Shown: positions 1 to 12,888, counted from the first letter of the stretch. The stretch is 64,000 bases of DNA from Octopus bimaculoides (GCF_001194135.2 NC_068981.1:190170270-190234269); one strand, 5' to 3'. Program-made: numbers and translations. Notes: generated by a model from the letters alone, not told the origin.

Positions 1-16
1 ATATATATATATATAC

Positions 17-161
17 GACGGGCTTCTTTCAAATCCACTCATAAGGCTTTGGTTGGCCCGAGGCTATAGTAGAAGACACTTGCCCAAGGTGCCACGCAGT
101 GGGACTGAACCTGGAACCATGTGGTTGGTAAGTAAGCTACTTAACACAGAGCCACTCCTGC
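17..161 (-). mobile_element. tRNA-derived SINE family AB, 5' half
   Basis: Reverse complement matches the head and body of the full copy at 53219-53629 (gcaggagtggct..tggtaagtagc box A-like; ggttcagtccc box B-like). Confidence 0.8.
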
Positions 162-193
162 ACCTATATATATGTACATATGTATATATCTAT

Positions 194-242
<49 letters not shown>

Positions 243-516
243 ATAGAAGAAGATGGAAAAAGTTGAGAAGAGCTAAGTGTTTTGAAAGTTCATCTCTGAT
301 ACAACTATATTTCCGATAGTTTAGACAAGATTCTGCTGGAAGCAGACCAAGCCACGTCTGACTAAACAGCATCACCTGATTAATGATTGTTATAATTGAA
401 GTTGATTTTCATTGCTCAATCAAGCAATTTGCATATATATAACTTGTGCAAGATCTCAAATAATCTTTCATAGTATGTTAGCTTAGACACTATGACACGT
501 ACCATCAACAACCCCC

Positions 517-1215
517 ACCATGTCTCTCCACCACCATCACCATCGCCACCACCACCACCACCACCTCCAGCACCACCACCACAACTACCACCACTACCAT
601 CACCACCACCACAACCACCTCCATCACCACAAAGACCAACAGTACCACCACCACCACCACCACCACCACCATCACCACCACAACTAGCACCACTACCATC
701 ACCNNNNNNNNNNNNNNNNNNNNNNNNNNNNNNNNNNNNNNNNNNNNNNNNNNNNNNNNNNNNNNNNNNNNNNNNNNNNNNNNNNNNNNNNNNNNNNNNN
801 NNNNNNNNNNNNNNNNNNNNNNNNNNNNNNNNNNNNNNNNNNNNNNNNNNNNNNNNNNNNNNNNNNNNNNNNNNNNNNNNNNNNNNNNNNNNNNNNNNNN
901 NNNNNNNNNNNNNNNNNNNNNNNNNNNNNNNNNNNNNNNNNNNNNNNNNNNNNNNNNNNNNNNNNNNNNNNNNNNNNNNNNNNNNNNNNNNNNNNNNNNN
1001 NNNNNNNNNNNNNNNNNNNNNNNNNNNNNNNNNNNNNNNNNNNNNNNNNNNNNNNNNNNNNNNNNNNNNNNNNNNNNNNNNNNNNNNNNNNNNNNNNNNN
1101 NNNNNNNNNNNNNNNNNNNNCGCCACCACCACCACCACCACCACAGCCACCACCATCCCCACCAATCTCAAACTGTTGCCACAACATCACCACTACCACC
1201 ACCACTGTTACCGCT
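517..1215. repeat. Degenerate (CAC)n triplet array spanning a gap
   Basis: Seen directly; Ns at 704-1120. Confidence 0.9.
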
Positions 1216-1261
1216 ATTATCCCCCACCGATAAAGACGAAGTGAGGGAGGGGGAGATGGCA

Positions 1262-1304
<43 letters not shown>

Positions 1305-1674
1305 AAGGGAGAAACATAAAAAAAAAGAAAACAATTTCTTTTTCGGTTTTGATTCATTGAAATGTTGGCAGACAAAAATATTGATAGATAAATACAAAAT
1401 GGGAGTGTGGGTGGTGGGGGAGGGGAATTGAAGAGATCAATTTGATGGGTATTTTTAATGCACCAAAGAATTTTCCGGAAAGATTGCAGTATTCTGGTAA
1501 CTTTGAAACCAATCATTCATTTGAGATTCTTTTTTTCTTTTTTGTGTGAAAGAGTTCAATGAGTACAGTGGAGAGTAGGAGAGAAGGTTAAGACGTTTTG
1601 GACGTTTGTCCTTCATCAAAATCAGTTTTGATGGTAGTGTTGGTGTTGATGGTGTTAGTAGTAGTGGTTCTTTA

Positions 1675-2056
1675 CTATATAGTTCTTTTCTCCACTAAGC
1701 ATAGCCTGCATCTCATACTACTGTTGCGGTAAGACTTACACCTCTGTAGCATTCTCCATTTGATGTTGTAATTCGTGGCACTTTTCTTCAACAGCCAAAC
1801 ATGCCTAACTGGAGTTCTGGTATTGCACCTCTTCTGTATAACATAAAGGTCATAAAGGAGGGAATACGTTTGTCCAATGTGGTTCTGTTCCCACACTTGA
1901 GACAGAGGCACGATGCTCATGCACATGCAACACTTCATGGCCTCTTAGCAACCAATGCAATACAGAGACCATTGTATATGAGGTTGGGGTGATGTCAAAC
2001 GACCCCAGCAGGCAGATTGATGCACACAAATTTGTGGGCCTTAGAGTATTTACCAT
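1675..2056 (-). mobile_element. Penelope-like element GIY-YIG endonuclease remnant
   Basis: Minus-strand translation gives HIGQT and HVWLLKKSATNYNIKWRMLQRCKSYRNSSMRCRLCLVEKRTI, resembling the PLE endonuclease C-terminus (YxIKWxIL..Y..S.RCxLCLxEK). Degenerate. Confidence 0.7.
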
Positions 2057-2299
2057 TTTTTTCTTTTGTCAAATGGTGGGAAATGGTTAGGTAAAGACAG
2101 ATGAAGTAACTTGATAAAGAAGAAAGTTGTAAAAGAGGAAAACTGAGGAAGATATGAAAGGAAATTGGGGTCACAATCTTAGGATTTTAAGATGCTGAAC
2201 CTTGAGAGCCATGTGATGGGTGATGATGACAAATGCCTAGGTTCTGTGTTGGGGAAAGATGTGTTTCAACCAATGCAAGCATGGAGGAACAGGACAAGA

Positions 2300-2570
2300 A
2301 TTTGCAGATTGATGATAATGACAACAATGATGACAACAACGATGGTGATGATGATGATGATTATCAACATCAGCATCACGATCATCATCATCATTTAACG
2401 CCCGTCTTCCATGATGAATATAATGAAGGAGATGATGATGATGAAGATGAGGATTATAATGATAGTGATGATGATGATGATTACGATGATGGGGTTGATG
2501 ATGATAATGATGATGATAATGATGATAATGATGATGATGACAATAATGATGACCATAATGATAAGAAGAA
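2300..2570. repeat. Degenerate (GAT)n array
   Basis: Seen directly. Confidence 0.9.
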
Positions 2571-3366
2571 CGAAGAGGAGTAGGAGGAGGAGAAGGAATA
2601 GCAGGAGTTTATATTTCAGACTTTGATAATGACAAAGCTTTCATATAATCATATAACTTTTAGAGTTAATTATTCANNNNNNNNNNNNNNNNNNNNNNNN
2701 NNNNNNNNNNNNNNNNNNNNNNNNNNNNNNNNNNNNNNNNNNNNNNNNNNNNNNNNNNNNNNNNNNNNNNNNNNNNNNNNNNNNNNNNNNNNNNNNNNNN
2801 NNNNNNNNNNNNNNNNNNNNNNNNNNNNNNNNNNNNNNNNNNNNNNNNNNNNNNNNNNNNNNNNNNNNNNNNNNNNNNNNNNNNNNNNNNNNNNNNNNNN
2901 NNNNNNNNNNNNNNNNNNNNNNNNNNNNNNNNNNNNNNNNNNNNNNNNNNNNNNNNNNNNNNNNNNNNNNNNNNNNNNNNNNNNNNNNNNNNNNNNNNNN
3001 NNNNNNNNNNNNNNNNNNNNNNNNNNNNNNNNNNNNNNNNNNNNNNNNNNNNNNNNNNNNNNNNNNNNNNNNNNNNNNNNNNNNNNNNNNNNNNNNNNNN
3101 NNNNNNNNNNNNNNNNNNNNNNNNNNNNNNNNNNNNNNNNNNNNNNNNNNNNNNNNNNNNNNNNNNNNNNNNNNNNNNNNNNNNNNNNNNNNNNNNNNNN
3201 NNNNNNNNNNNNNNNNNNNNNNNNNNNNNNNNNNNNNNNNNNNNNNNNNNNNNNNNNNNNNNNNNNNNNNNNNNNNNNNNNNNNNNNNNNNNNNNNNNNN
3301 NNNNNNNNNNNNNNNNNNNNNNNNNNNNNNNNNNNNNNNNNNNNNNNNNNNNNNNNNNNNNNNNNN

Positions 3367-3392
<26 letters not shown>

Positions 3393-3419
<27 letters not shown>

Positions 3420-3630
3420 CTGTGTCTGTGTTTGTTCCCTCCCAACCATTGCTTGACAACCGATGCTGGTGTGTTTATGTCCCCGTAACTTAGTGGTTGG
3501 GCAAAAAGAGACCGATAGAATAAGTACTAGGCTTACAAAGAATAAGTCCTGGGGTTGATTTGCTTGACAAATGGCGGTACTCCAGCATGGCCACAGTCAA
3601 ATGACTGAAACAAGTAAAAGAGTAAAAGAA
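3393..3630 (+). mobile_element. SINE AB, 3' half (after internal microsatellite)
   Basis: cttgacaaccgatgctggtgtg...ccagcatggccacagtcaaatgactgaaacaagtaaaagagtaaaag matches the 3' half of 53219-53629. Confidence 0.8.
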
Positions 3631-3717
3631 TAGCCAGAACTTTTGTAAAATGTTTCTGACACCATTTGACTCCCCATTTCCCAGTTGAGGGGTTAGGTTT
3701 TTGTTTTGCAGGCAAGC

Positions 3718-4138
3718 CAAGTGAGGTCGTTGCCAGTGCCCCTGGACTGGCTCTTGTGCGGGTGGCACATGGGATGCACCATTTTGAGCGTGGCCATTGC
3801 CAGTACCGCCTGACTGGCCTTCATAGGATTTTCGAGCGAGATCGTTGCCAGTGCCGCTGGACTGGCTCTTGTGCGGGTGGCACATAAAAGACACCATTTT
3901 GAGCGTGGCCGTTGCCAGTACCGCCTGACTGGCCCTCGTGCAGGTGACACGTAAAAGCACCCACTACACTCTCTGAGTGGTTGGCGTTAGGAAGGGCATC
4001 CAGCTGTAGAAACTCTGCCAAATTAGATTGGAGCCTGGTGTTGCCATCCGGTTTGACCAGTCCTCAGTCAAATCGTCCAACCCATGCCAGCATGGAAAGC
4101 GGACGTTAAACGATGATGATGATGATGATGATGATTAT
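3718..4138 (+). mobile_element. 5'-truncated RTE LINE, 3' UTR with four-hairpin array and (GAT)n tail
   Basis: Ends ccaacccatgccagcatggaaagcggacgttaaacgatgatgat. A homologous tail follows RT-coding sequence at 25510-26962 and 57258-57958. Confidence 0.8.
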
Positions 4139-4291
4139 GACCCTGTTGATGCTGGTGCCATGTAAAAAAGGACTGGTGCTAGGGCCACGGAAAGAGCACT
4201 GGTGGTGGTGCTATATAAAACACTCTGGTATTCAAGTAATATTTTTTCCACCTTGTTTCACATTTGCATGCTTACTCTGGTATATATATAC

Positions 4292-4600
4292 ATCGTTGTC
4301 GTCGTTTAACGTCTGCTTTCCATGCTAGCATGGGTTGGACGATTTGACTGAGGACTGGTGAAACCAGATGGCAACACCAGGCTGCAATCTGATTTGGCAG
4401 TGTTTCTACAGCTGGATGCCCTTCCTAATGCCAACCACTCAGAGAGTGTAGTGGGTGCTTTTACGTGTCACCCGCACGAAGGCCAGTCAGGCGGTACTGG
4501 CAATGGCCACGCTCATCTCGCTCGAGAAACCTCATGTGTCACCCGCACAAGAGCCAATCCAGGGGCACCAGCAACGATCTCGCTCGAAAATCCTACAACA
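4292..4600 (-). mobile_element. 5'-truncated RTE 3' UTR
   Basis: Reverse complement of the 3718-4138 family. Confidence 0.8.
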
Positions 4601-5294
4601 ACCCCACATGCATATGTATATATATATATCATCATCAACATCAGGGTCCATTTGTTCAGCTAAAACCCTTCAAGGTGGTGCTGCAGCCTGACCACAGTCC
4701 AATGACTGAGACAAGTAAAAGAAAAGAGATCTTCACAGTAATTTATTCTTTATAAGTCTGATTCAACATTTCTTCATTGGCTTTTTCCTTTTTATTTTCT
4801 TCTCTCTATCGGGTACCAGTTAATCTAAACTATAGAACATGGTAAACTTGAATCAAAGAGAGACAGAACAAAAAAATAGACATGATTGTACTGCAAAGAA
4901 CTTTATAACCACCCCCACCTCCCTCGTCTTATTTTTCAGCCTTCTTAGTCGTCTGGATAACAATTATGCTCACTTTTTATTTTATTGTCCCAGAGCTTTC
5001 GTGACGGAATAAACTGGAAAACTCTAAAATAAATACAAAAGTTTTTTTTAAAAATAAGAACAAAGATTAAAAGCTAATTTCAAAGGGAGACAATTCGTAA
5101 GTTTCAAGCAACAAAAAAGTTGATTCGAGGAAAGAGAACCCTTCATTTGAGGAGAGCAGTGGTTTGGTTGGAATGTGTAACGGAGTGGTCACCAAATGTA
5201 ACAGGTGTGATGATGAAGAAGAGAAAGATGATGTGAATGTCATTGTGTTGGACTTCAAGGAATAAGGACTGTGCTCAAAGTTGTAGATAATCAG

Positions 5295-5333
<39 letters not shown>

Positions 5334-5640
5334 TTAACGTCTGCTTTCCATGCTAGCATGGGTTGGACGACTTCATTGGGGACTGGCGAAGCGGATGGCT
5401 ACACCAGACTCCAATCTGATCTGGCAGAGTTTCTACAGCTGGATGCCCTTCCTAATGCCAACCACTCTGAGAGTGTAGTGGGTGCTTTTTACATGCCACC
5501 AGCATGAAGGCCAGTCCAGCAGTACTGGTAACAGCCATGCTCAAATGGTGTTCTTTATGTGCCACCTGCACAGGAGTCTGTCCAATGTTTTGTTCACATG
5601 CCACCGGCACAAGTGCCATGTATAGCCAAACCACGATGGG
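5295..5640 (-). mobile_element. 5'-truncated RTE 3' UTR
   Basis: (CAT)n followed by tttaacgtctgctttccatgctagcatgggttggacg and a gccagt-N8-actgg hairpin unit. Confidence 0.8.
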
Positions 5641-6069
5641 AAGGCGTGTATAAAATAACCTAGAGTTAATTTTTCCTTGTATGAGAGTGTATGTATTCTT
5701 GTTGTAGCAGCAGGGAAGAGATAGAGTGATGTTTGTTAGAATGGCAATGGTGAACAAGTGAGAAACAAGAGAGGAATGTTGTATGGTGAAGCATCATATC
5801 TGACAACTGCGCGCAGGAACGCTTTCTCTTTCCCTCTCCCTGCCTGCTTGGAACTGCTTGTATTTATAAGTATGCACACCATAACTTAGCGGTTCAGCAA
5901 AGGAATAGATCAATAGAATAAGTACTAGGCTTACAAAGAATGAGTCCTGGGGTCGATTTGTCTAGCTAAAGACAGTACTCCAGCATGGCCACAGCCAAAT
6001 GACTGAAACAAATAAGAGAATAAAAGAATAAGAGGACAAAGTAATGCATGAAAGAATGTGGCAAGGATT

Positions 6070-6270
6070 CATCATCAGCATCATTTAACGCCCGCTTTCT
6101 ATGCTAGCATGGGTTGAACGATTTGACTGGGGACTGGCAAACCAGATGGCTACACCAGACTCCAATCTGATCTGGCAGAGTTTCTACAGCTGGATGCCCT
6201 TCCTAACGCCAAGCACTCTGAGAGTGTAGTGGGTACTTTTTACGTGCCACCAGCACGAGGGCCAGTCCTT
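6070..6270 (-). mobile_element. 5'-truncated RTE 3' UTR
   Basis: Same tail family. Confidence 0.75.
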
Positions 6271-6276
6271 GCCATT

Positions 6277-6434
6277 TGAAATACAAGTACCACTCATTTT
6301 TGCCAGCTAAATGGACTGGGGCAATGTGAAAGAAAGTGCCTAGCTCAAGGGCACAATCTACTGCCGAGTATAAAACTCATAACCTCATAATCATGAGATC
6401 AGTACCCTTAACCATTAAGCCAGGAACCTTCACT
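6277..6434 (-). mobile_element. tRNA-derived SINE, head type H
   Basis: Similar to 61048-61202 (actcatttttgccagctaa..ggactgg..caatgtgaaa...ctcaagg..acaa...cctaacca.taagcca). Confidence 0.65.
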
Positions 6435-6964
6435 CCCTGTTCATTACTGGAAAGAAGCATGCATGTATATTCCTCAGAAAGAGAACAACAGGAAATATTG
6501 ATGTGGAAGTTGTAGATATATCCTATAAGAGGATAGTACGACTGAGATAATTAAATTTAGAGTTTCAATTAGCAACGTGATGATAGGCTGATATGCTGCA
6601 ATAATAGGATTAAATGATGTATTAAAGAGCTTTATATTCTTCTCTTACTATTCTCTCAATGTTATAAAAGTAAATGACAAGGATATCACCATCACTGACT
6701 GGAATATTAAGGATTATATTGCAGAAACATTGAATATCAGGGTGGATTTATTGGTGTGCGTGGAGATAAATGATATAACGTTAAGAAATAAGAAAGGAAA
6801 ATTCATAGTAATTAAGTTAGCATCTACATTGATAACTGGAAGCAAAAGTAGGTTACACCTACCAATTAAGGGAATATAGAAATGGTTATGTTAGTGTTGT
6901 TGTTGTTGTTGCTGTTCAAGGAAATGGTTGTAAGTATTAGCAGGTGTAGTCGTGTATAAAAGGT

Positions 6965-7680
6965 GCAGGTATCGCAGTATGGTGAAGAATGATATGCACT
7001 TGGTCTTGGGTTCTATCCCACTGTACTGCACCTTGTGTAAGTGTGTTGGGTCAACCAGTGCTTTGTAAGTTAATTTGGGGACCAGAAACTGAAAGAAGCA
7101 TGTTATGTATGTATGTATGTTTGTATATATGTATATAAGTATGTATGTGTGTATGTATGTATGTATGAATGTGTGTGTCTCTGTGTATGTATGTAGCTAT
7201 GTATGTGTGTATATATGTATGTTTGTATGCATGTATGCATATGTATGTATGTATGCATGTATGTGTGCATGCATGTATGTATGTATGCATGTATGTATGC
7301 ATGTATGCATGTATGTATGCATGTATGTATGTATGCGTGTATGCATACATGTATGTATGTATGTATGCATGCATGCATGTATGTATTCATGTATATATGC
7401 ATATATGTATGCATGCATGTACAGTTGAATGTATGCATGCATGCATATATGTATGTATGTATGTATGTATGTTAGTGTGTCTGTGTTTGTCCACCTACCA
7501 TTGCTTGACAACCGATGTTGGTGTGGTTACATTCCTGTAACTTAGCAGCTCAGCAAAAAGGACCAATAGAACAAGTACTAGGCTTACAAAGAATAAAATC
7601 TGGGATCAATTTGTTTGGAAAAAAGTTGGTGCTCCTGCATGGCCACAGTCAAATGACTGAAAAATGTAACAGAATAAATA
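6965..7680 (+). mobile_element. Full SINE AB with ~380-bp expanded internal (TATG/CATG)n tract
   Basis: Diverged 5' half ends gaaactgaaagaagc at ~7100, microsatellite 7103-7480, then the 3' half. Confidence 0.7.
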
Positions 7681-8279
7681 CATATACATATACATACATA
7701 TATAGATATATATACATATTTGGTCAGACAGAAGTTATAGTAAAAGACACTTGCAAAAGATGCCATGCAGTGGGACTGAACCCAGAATCATGACATTCTG
7801 AAGCAAGCTTCTTAGCACACAACCATGCCTGTGCAATGATATTATTTTCCATTTTTCAAACTTTTAGCTTAAACACTAAACCTAAAACTGGTGTACATAG
7901 TACTTATTTTTTTATTATCAAGGAAGCAATTAAAATATTGCTGTCATTCACACAAAATTATTTCTGTACCACAAATCAGTTTTGCGATGGCCGATTGTAG
8001 AATTTTGCGTGCATAATAAAGTTACAACAGTCTAAAAATTTCTATATGCTTGTCAAAAATACCATTTAAAATGCCTGGCAATGAAGAACGATAAATTTAA
8101 TATATTGGATAAGATATTTTATGGCATAGGCACAGGTGTAGCTGTGTGGTAAGAGGTTTGGTCCCGAGTTCCATATGGTCTTGGGTTCAGTTCCATTTCA
8201 TGGCACCTTGAGCAAGTGCCTGCTACTGTAGCCTCAGGCCTTGTCGGATTTGGTTGATGGAAACTGAAAGAAGCCCATC

Positions 8280-8317
<38 letters not shown>

Positions 8318-8568
8318 ATGTGTGTGCGTATGTATATATATATACATACATGTGTTTGTATGTGTGTGTGTATATATGTTTGTATATATATATATGTGTG
8401 TGTGTGTATAAGAGTAGGAGTGGCTGTGTGGTTAAGAAACTTGCTTTCTCAACTGTATGGTTCCAGGTTCAGTCCCATCGCATGGTACCTTGGGCTGACC
8501 AAAGCCTTGTGAGTAGATTTGGTAGATAGAGACTGAAAGAAGTATATATATATATATACATATATATA

Positions 8569-9721
8569 TCAGGTCATCCCATAAGTTCTCTCCGATTTTA
8601 CCTTTTTTAAAATTGAATGAAATTTAATAGTATTTTAGAATGTCAGATGGAATTAAAAATTATTTTTATGCATTTGTGTACATTTAAACTTATTAAATAT
8701 TATTTTACAGAATAATAGAATTAAAATTTCTTTGATTAAAACCCTTTCTAACATTGAAGTATCCAAAGAGCATTTGAAGCACATAATGCTTTATGAGTAC
8801 AAAAAAGGAAATTCTGCAGCCGAAGCGACTCAAAACATACATTCAGTTTATGGGAAAGGATGCTTGAATGAAAGAACTTGCAGAAATTGGTTTTCAAAAT
8901 TCAGAAGTGGAGATTTCCGCCTTGAAGATGAAGATCGAACAGGACGTCCAGTTGAGTTTGATGATAAGCTCATTGAGGCATTACTTGAAGAAAATCCTGC
9001 ATTATCAGTTGAAGAATTGGCAACAAAGCTTAGTTCAAACCATACAACTGTTCATCATTATCTTCAACAACTTGGAAAGGTTTCTAAACTTGGAAAATGG
9101 GTACCTCATGAATTGTCCAAAAGCAACCATAAATCCTATGTTGACATCTGCTCTTCTCTCCATTCTTGTGAACTTATTTCACCCTTTTGGATAGACTTGT
9201 GACTGGTGGGGTTGCTAAGGAGTAATTCACTTTGAATTGTTACCACCTAATGCAACAATCAATGCTCAAGTCTACTGTCAGTAATTAGAGCGTTTGAACC
9301 AAGCTTTGAAGCAAAAAAGAGCCGCTTTAGTGAATCAAAAAGGAGTGATGTTTCATCAGGACAATGCGCAACCCCACACTGCAAAGATCACATCACAGAA
9401 GATCGAAGAGCTTGGTTGGGAAGAAATTCCTCATCCACCTTATTCTCCCGACCTTGCTCCTTCAGACTACCATTTGTTTCATAGTTTACAGAATCATTTG
9501 GGGGACATAACTTTCACAAACCAGGAGGAGATCGAAACTGACATTTCAGAGTTCTTCGCTTTGAAACCAAAAGAGTTTTACATTAATGGAATTAAAAAGC
9601 TTGTAAATAGATGGAAAGAAGTCATAGATAATCAGGGAAAGTACATTGATGATTAAATTTCAATTAAATATGACATTTGATCACTTGTTTTCTTTATTAA
9701 AAATTCGGACAGAACTTATGG
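8569..9721 (+). mobile_element. Mariner transposon (DD34D), internally deleted pseudogene
   Basis: TA + left TIR tcaggtcatcccataagttctctccgatttt; right TIR aaaattcggacagaacttatgg runs into the gap. ORFs 8732-9202 (HTH region, GKWVPHEL) and 9294-9656 (HQDNAQPH..YSPDLAPSDYHLF, 34 aa between the Ds). Confidence 0.95.
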
Positions 9722-9777
9722 NNNNNNNNNNNNNNNNNNNNNNNNNNNNNNNNNNNNNNNNNNNNNNNNNNNNNNNN

Positions 9778-9826
<49 letters not shown>

Positions 9827-10927
9827 GTATGTATATGTATGTACATATATATGTATGCATTATGTATGTATGTATGTATATGTGTGTCTGTGTTGGTCCA
9901 CCATTACTTGACAACTGATGTTGGTGCATTTTTGTCCCCATAACATAGTAGTTCAGCTAAAAAGACTGATAGAATAAGTACTAGGCTTACAAAGAATAAG
10001 TCCTGGGGTTAATTTGTTCAACTAAAGGTAGTGCTCCAGCATTGTTTTGACATCATGTGATTGTTATAAATGAATGTCAGTCATTTCCAGTCTTCCATGA
10101 AAAACATGCCTGGCCATGGGGAAATATTAATTTGCTTGGAAATAAGTAAGGGTTAGCAGCAGGAAGATCATCCATCTGTAGAGAATCTACTTCAATAACT
10201 TCTTACAAATGCAAGCATGGAAAAGAGGACATTAGGCTGTTGATGGTGATGATGATGTTCCGATACTTGCTGTTGATGGTTTATTAATACCATATTATCG
10301 TTACAAAATAACTTATAATAAGTCTCTGTATATCAAGAAAGGATATTTAAAATGAGACATATACGTATAGTTTTCAATATTGCTAAGGATATTACTAAGG
10401 ATATATATAAAAAAAAAAAAGAAAAATATCGTTATATACATTTAACTCACATTCATAACAAAAAGTAAATTATTAAATTGCGTAGCTGTAGTGCACATCC
10501 GGAGAAAACTAAGAAAAGTAGCATTAAAATTTCATATAATTCTTAGCACTCAAGACAGACGAACATCACTGCTTCCTCTCTCTCTCTCTCATTTACAGAT
10601 TTTATTCATTGCACTTAAATGAATACATAAATAAGAAAGTAAACATAATGAGATTATTTTTGGACAAAATTCTCTATTTAACTCTAGTAAATAGCTATTC
10701 TTCCTTTCTAAATGGACTAATTAAAAGAGATTTGCACTCTAATTGTTCATGGTTATTTAGATGTTGGTGTTATTGTTATTGATGTGTAAACCAGCCACAT
10801 TAGATATCAGTTTATGTGTATCTAAAAACCTGGGTTTGATAGTGTGGAGGTGTCTGATAACTGGTTCGTTTAAACTGTTTAATATATGTTATGCTAATTA
10901 GGCATTTGGGCATAATTGAAAGCATCA

Positions 10928-10953
10928 TCTATATATATAAAAATGAGAATATG

Positions 10954-10996
<43 letters not shown>

Positions 10997-11290
10997 GTGA
11001 ATCCCTAAAACTCGAGAACTACGCAAGCAATTTCATTCAAATTTTACACATGCCTTACTTAGGGTTCCAGTTGTGTTTCAGTAAAAAAAAAATTATTAAC
11101 TTCTTGCAGAGTTCGAGCCCACAGCAACGTAATATCTCCTCCACTATTTAAGTATTACGTGTCAAAAGTGAAACAAAAACACTCATGTCAAATACTTTCA
11201 CTTTAAAAATGAAACTATTCCACTAACTGAAACAATCACATTTCGATACTGTAGTGACAGATACTTTCACAGAGAGAGAAAGAGAGAAAG

Positions 11291-11321
<31 letters not shown>

Positions 11322-12206
11322 TGTATATGTATACATATACATGTATATGTACACCATTTCNNNNNNNNNNNNNNNNNNNNNNNNNNNNNNNNNNNNNNNN
11401 NNNNNNNNNNNNNNNNNNNNNNNNNNNNNNNNNNNNNNNNNNNNNNNNNNNNNNNNNNNNNNNNNNNNNNNNNNNNNNNNNNNNNNNNNNNNNNNNNNNN
11501 NNNNNNNNNNNNNNNNNNNNNNNNNNNNNNNNNNNNNNNNNNNNNNNNNNNNNNNNNNNNNNNNNNNNNNNNNNNNNNNNNNNNNNNNNNNNNNNNNNNN
11601 NNNNNNNNNNNNNNNNNNNNNNNNNNNNNNNNNNNNNNNNNNNNNNNNNNNNNNNNNNNNNNNNNNNNNNNNNNNNNNNNNNNNNNNNNNNNNNNNNNNN
11701 NNNNNNNNNNNNNNNNNNNNNNNNNNNNNNNNNNNNNNNNNNNNNNNNNNNNNNNNNNNNNNNNNNNNNNNNNNNNNNNNNNNNNNNNNNNNNNNNNNNN
11801 NNNNNNNNNNNNNNNNNNNNNNNNNNNNNNNNNNNNNNNNNNNNNNNNNNNNNNNNNNNNNNNNNNNNNNNNNNNNNNNNNNNNNNNNNNNNNNNGCTTC
11901 TCACATGGACAACTGTATATTGGCTGCTCAAGAGTGAGCAGCAAAAAAAAACCTATTTGTATATGCTCCACAAGGGAAAACAAGGAACATAGTTTACAAC
12001 GAGGTGTTATAATCACAACAGCAAGAAAGTATGTACATGATCTCCTTCTTTTACGAAACTTCATTGACTTTCATATATTTATATTGATATATATATATAC
12101 GTGTGTGTATATACATCTCTATATATAAAGATGATGCGTAGTCTAGACGGCGTTTTTAGATTTCATTATTCTCTTTAACCCGGGCAACGCCGGGTATTTC
12201 TGCTAG
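10928..12206 (+). mobile_element. Non-autonomous Helitron-like element
   Basis: A|TC 5' end followed by tatatataaaa and (GTCT)n; 3' hairpin cccgggcaacgccggg (12179-12194), then CTAG|T. Gap inside; a second TC-tatatataaa start at ~12116. Confidence 0.65.
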
Positions 12207-12659
12207 TTAAAGATAAATCATGTCAAAGCTAGGTAGGATTCAGCCAATGAATGAGCTTCTATGCACTCATTTAACCTGCTAGAAATAGCAGTAAAACTGT
12301 CCTTGAATTACACCCTAATGTCTTAGAAGAAAGGACATATAGGGTAATGTTGTGGACTTAGAAGGGTACAAAATATCTCAGCCTTTAAAACTGTGGTTCT
12401 CAAACCTTTTAAATCCCAAAACCTGATATTTAATTAAACTTCACAAGCTGGATCGTTATACTTAGCAAATTACTTTCTTACTGTTTCTCACAAAAAAAAT
12501 GGAAACATAAGTCAACTAAAGGAAAGTTTATTAAATTTATAGAAGTCTTTGTTAAGTAAACTCTGCAGCCTCTTGATTCTAGGTTTCACTTCCAGGCCTG
12601 GTATTTCTTGTCTAATTCTACCATAGATTCAACTACAAGTATTTGATCATCAGTATATA

Positions 12660-12888
12660 GGAGAGCTGGCAGAATCATTAGCACACTGGGTGAAATGCTT
12701 AGTGATACTTCATCTGCCATTACATTCTGAGTTCAAATTCTGCTGAGGTCGACTTTGCCTTTCATCCTTTCAGGGTCGATTAAATAAGTACCAGTTATGC
12801 ACTGGATCGATGTAATTGACTTAATCCCTTTGTCTGTCCTTGTTTGTCCCTTCTATGTTTATCCCCCTGTGGGCAATAAAGACGTAAG
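12660..12888 (+). mobile_element. tRNA-derived SINE family D
   Basis: gagctggcagaatc.ttagc...gagttcaaattc...gaggtcgactttgcctttcatcctttc.gggtcgat..aataagtaccag. The central block resembles conserved Deu/Nin-type SINE domains (from recall). Confidence 0.8.

Noticed and set aside
12430-12600. hAT-like terminus ctgtggttctcaaac
   Set aside because: No matching opposite end or 8-bp duplication found.
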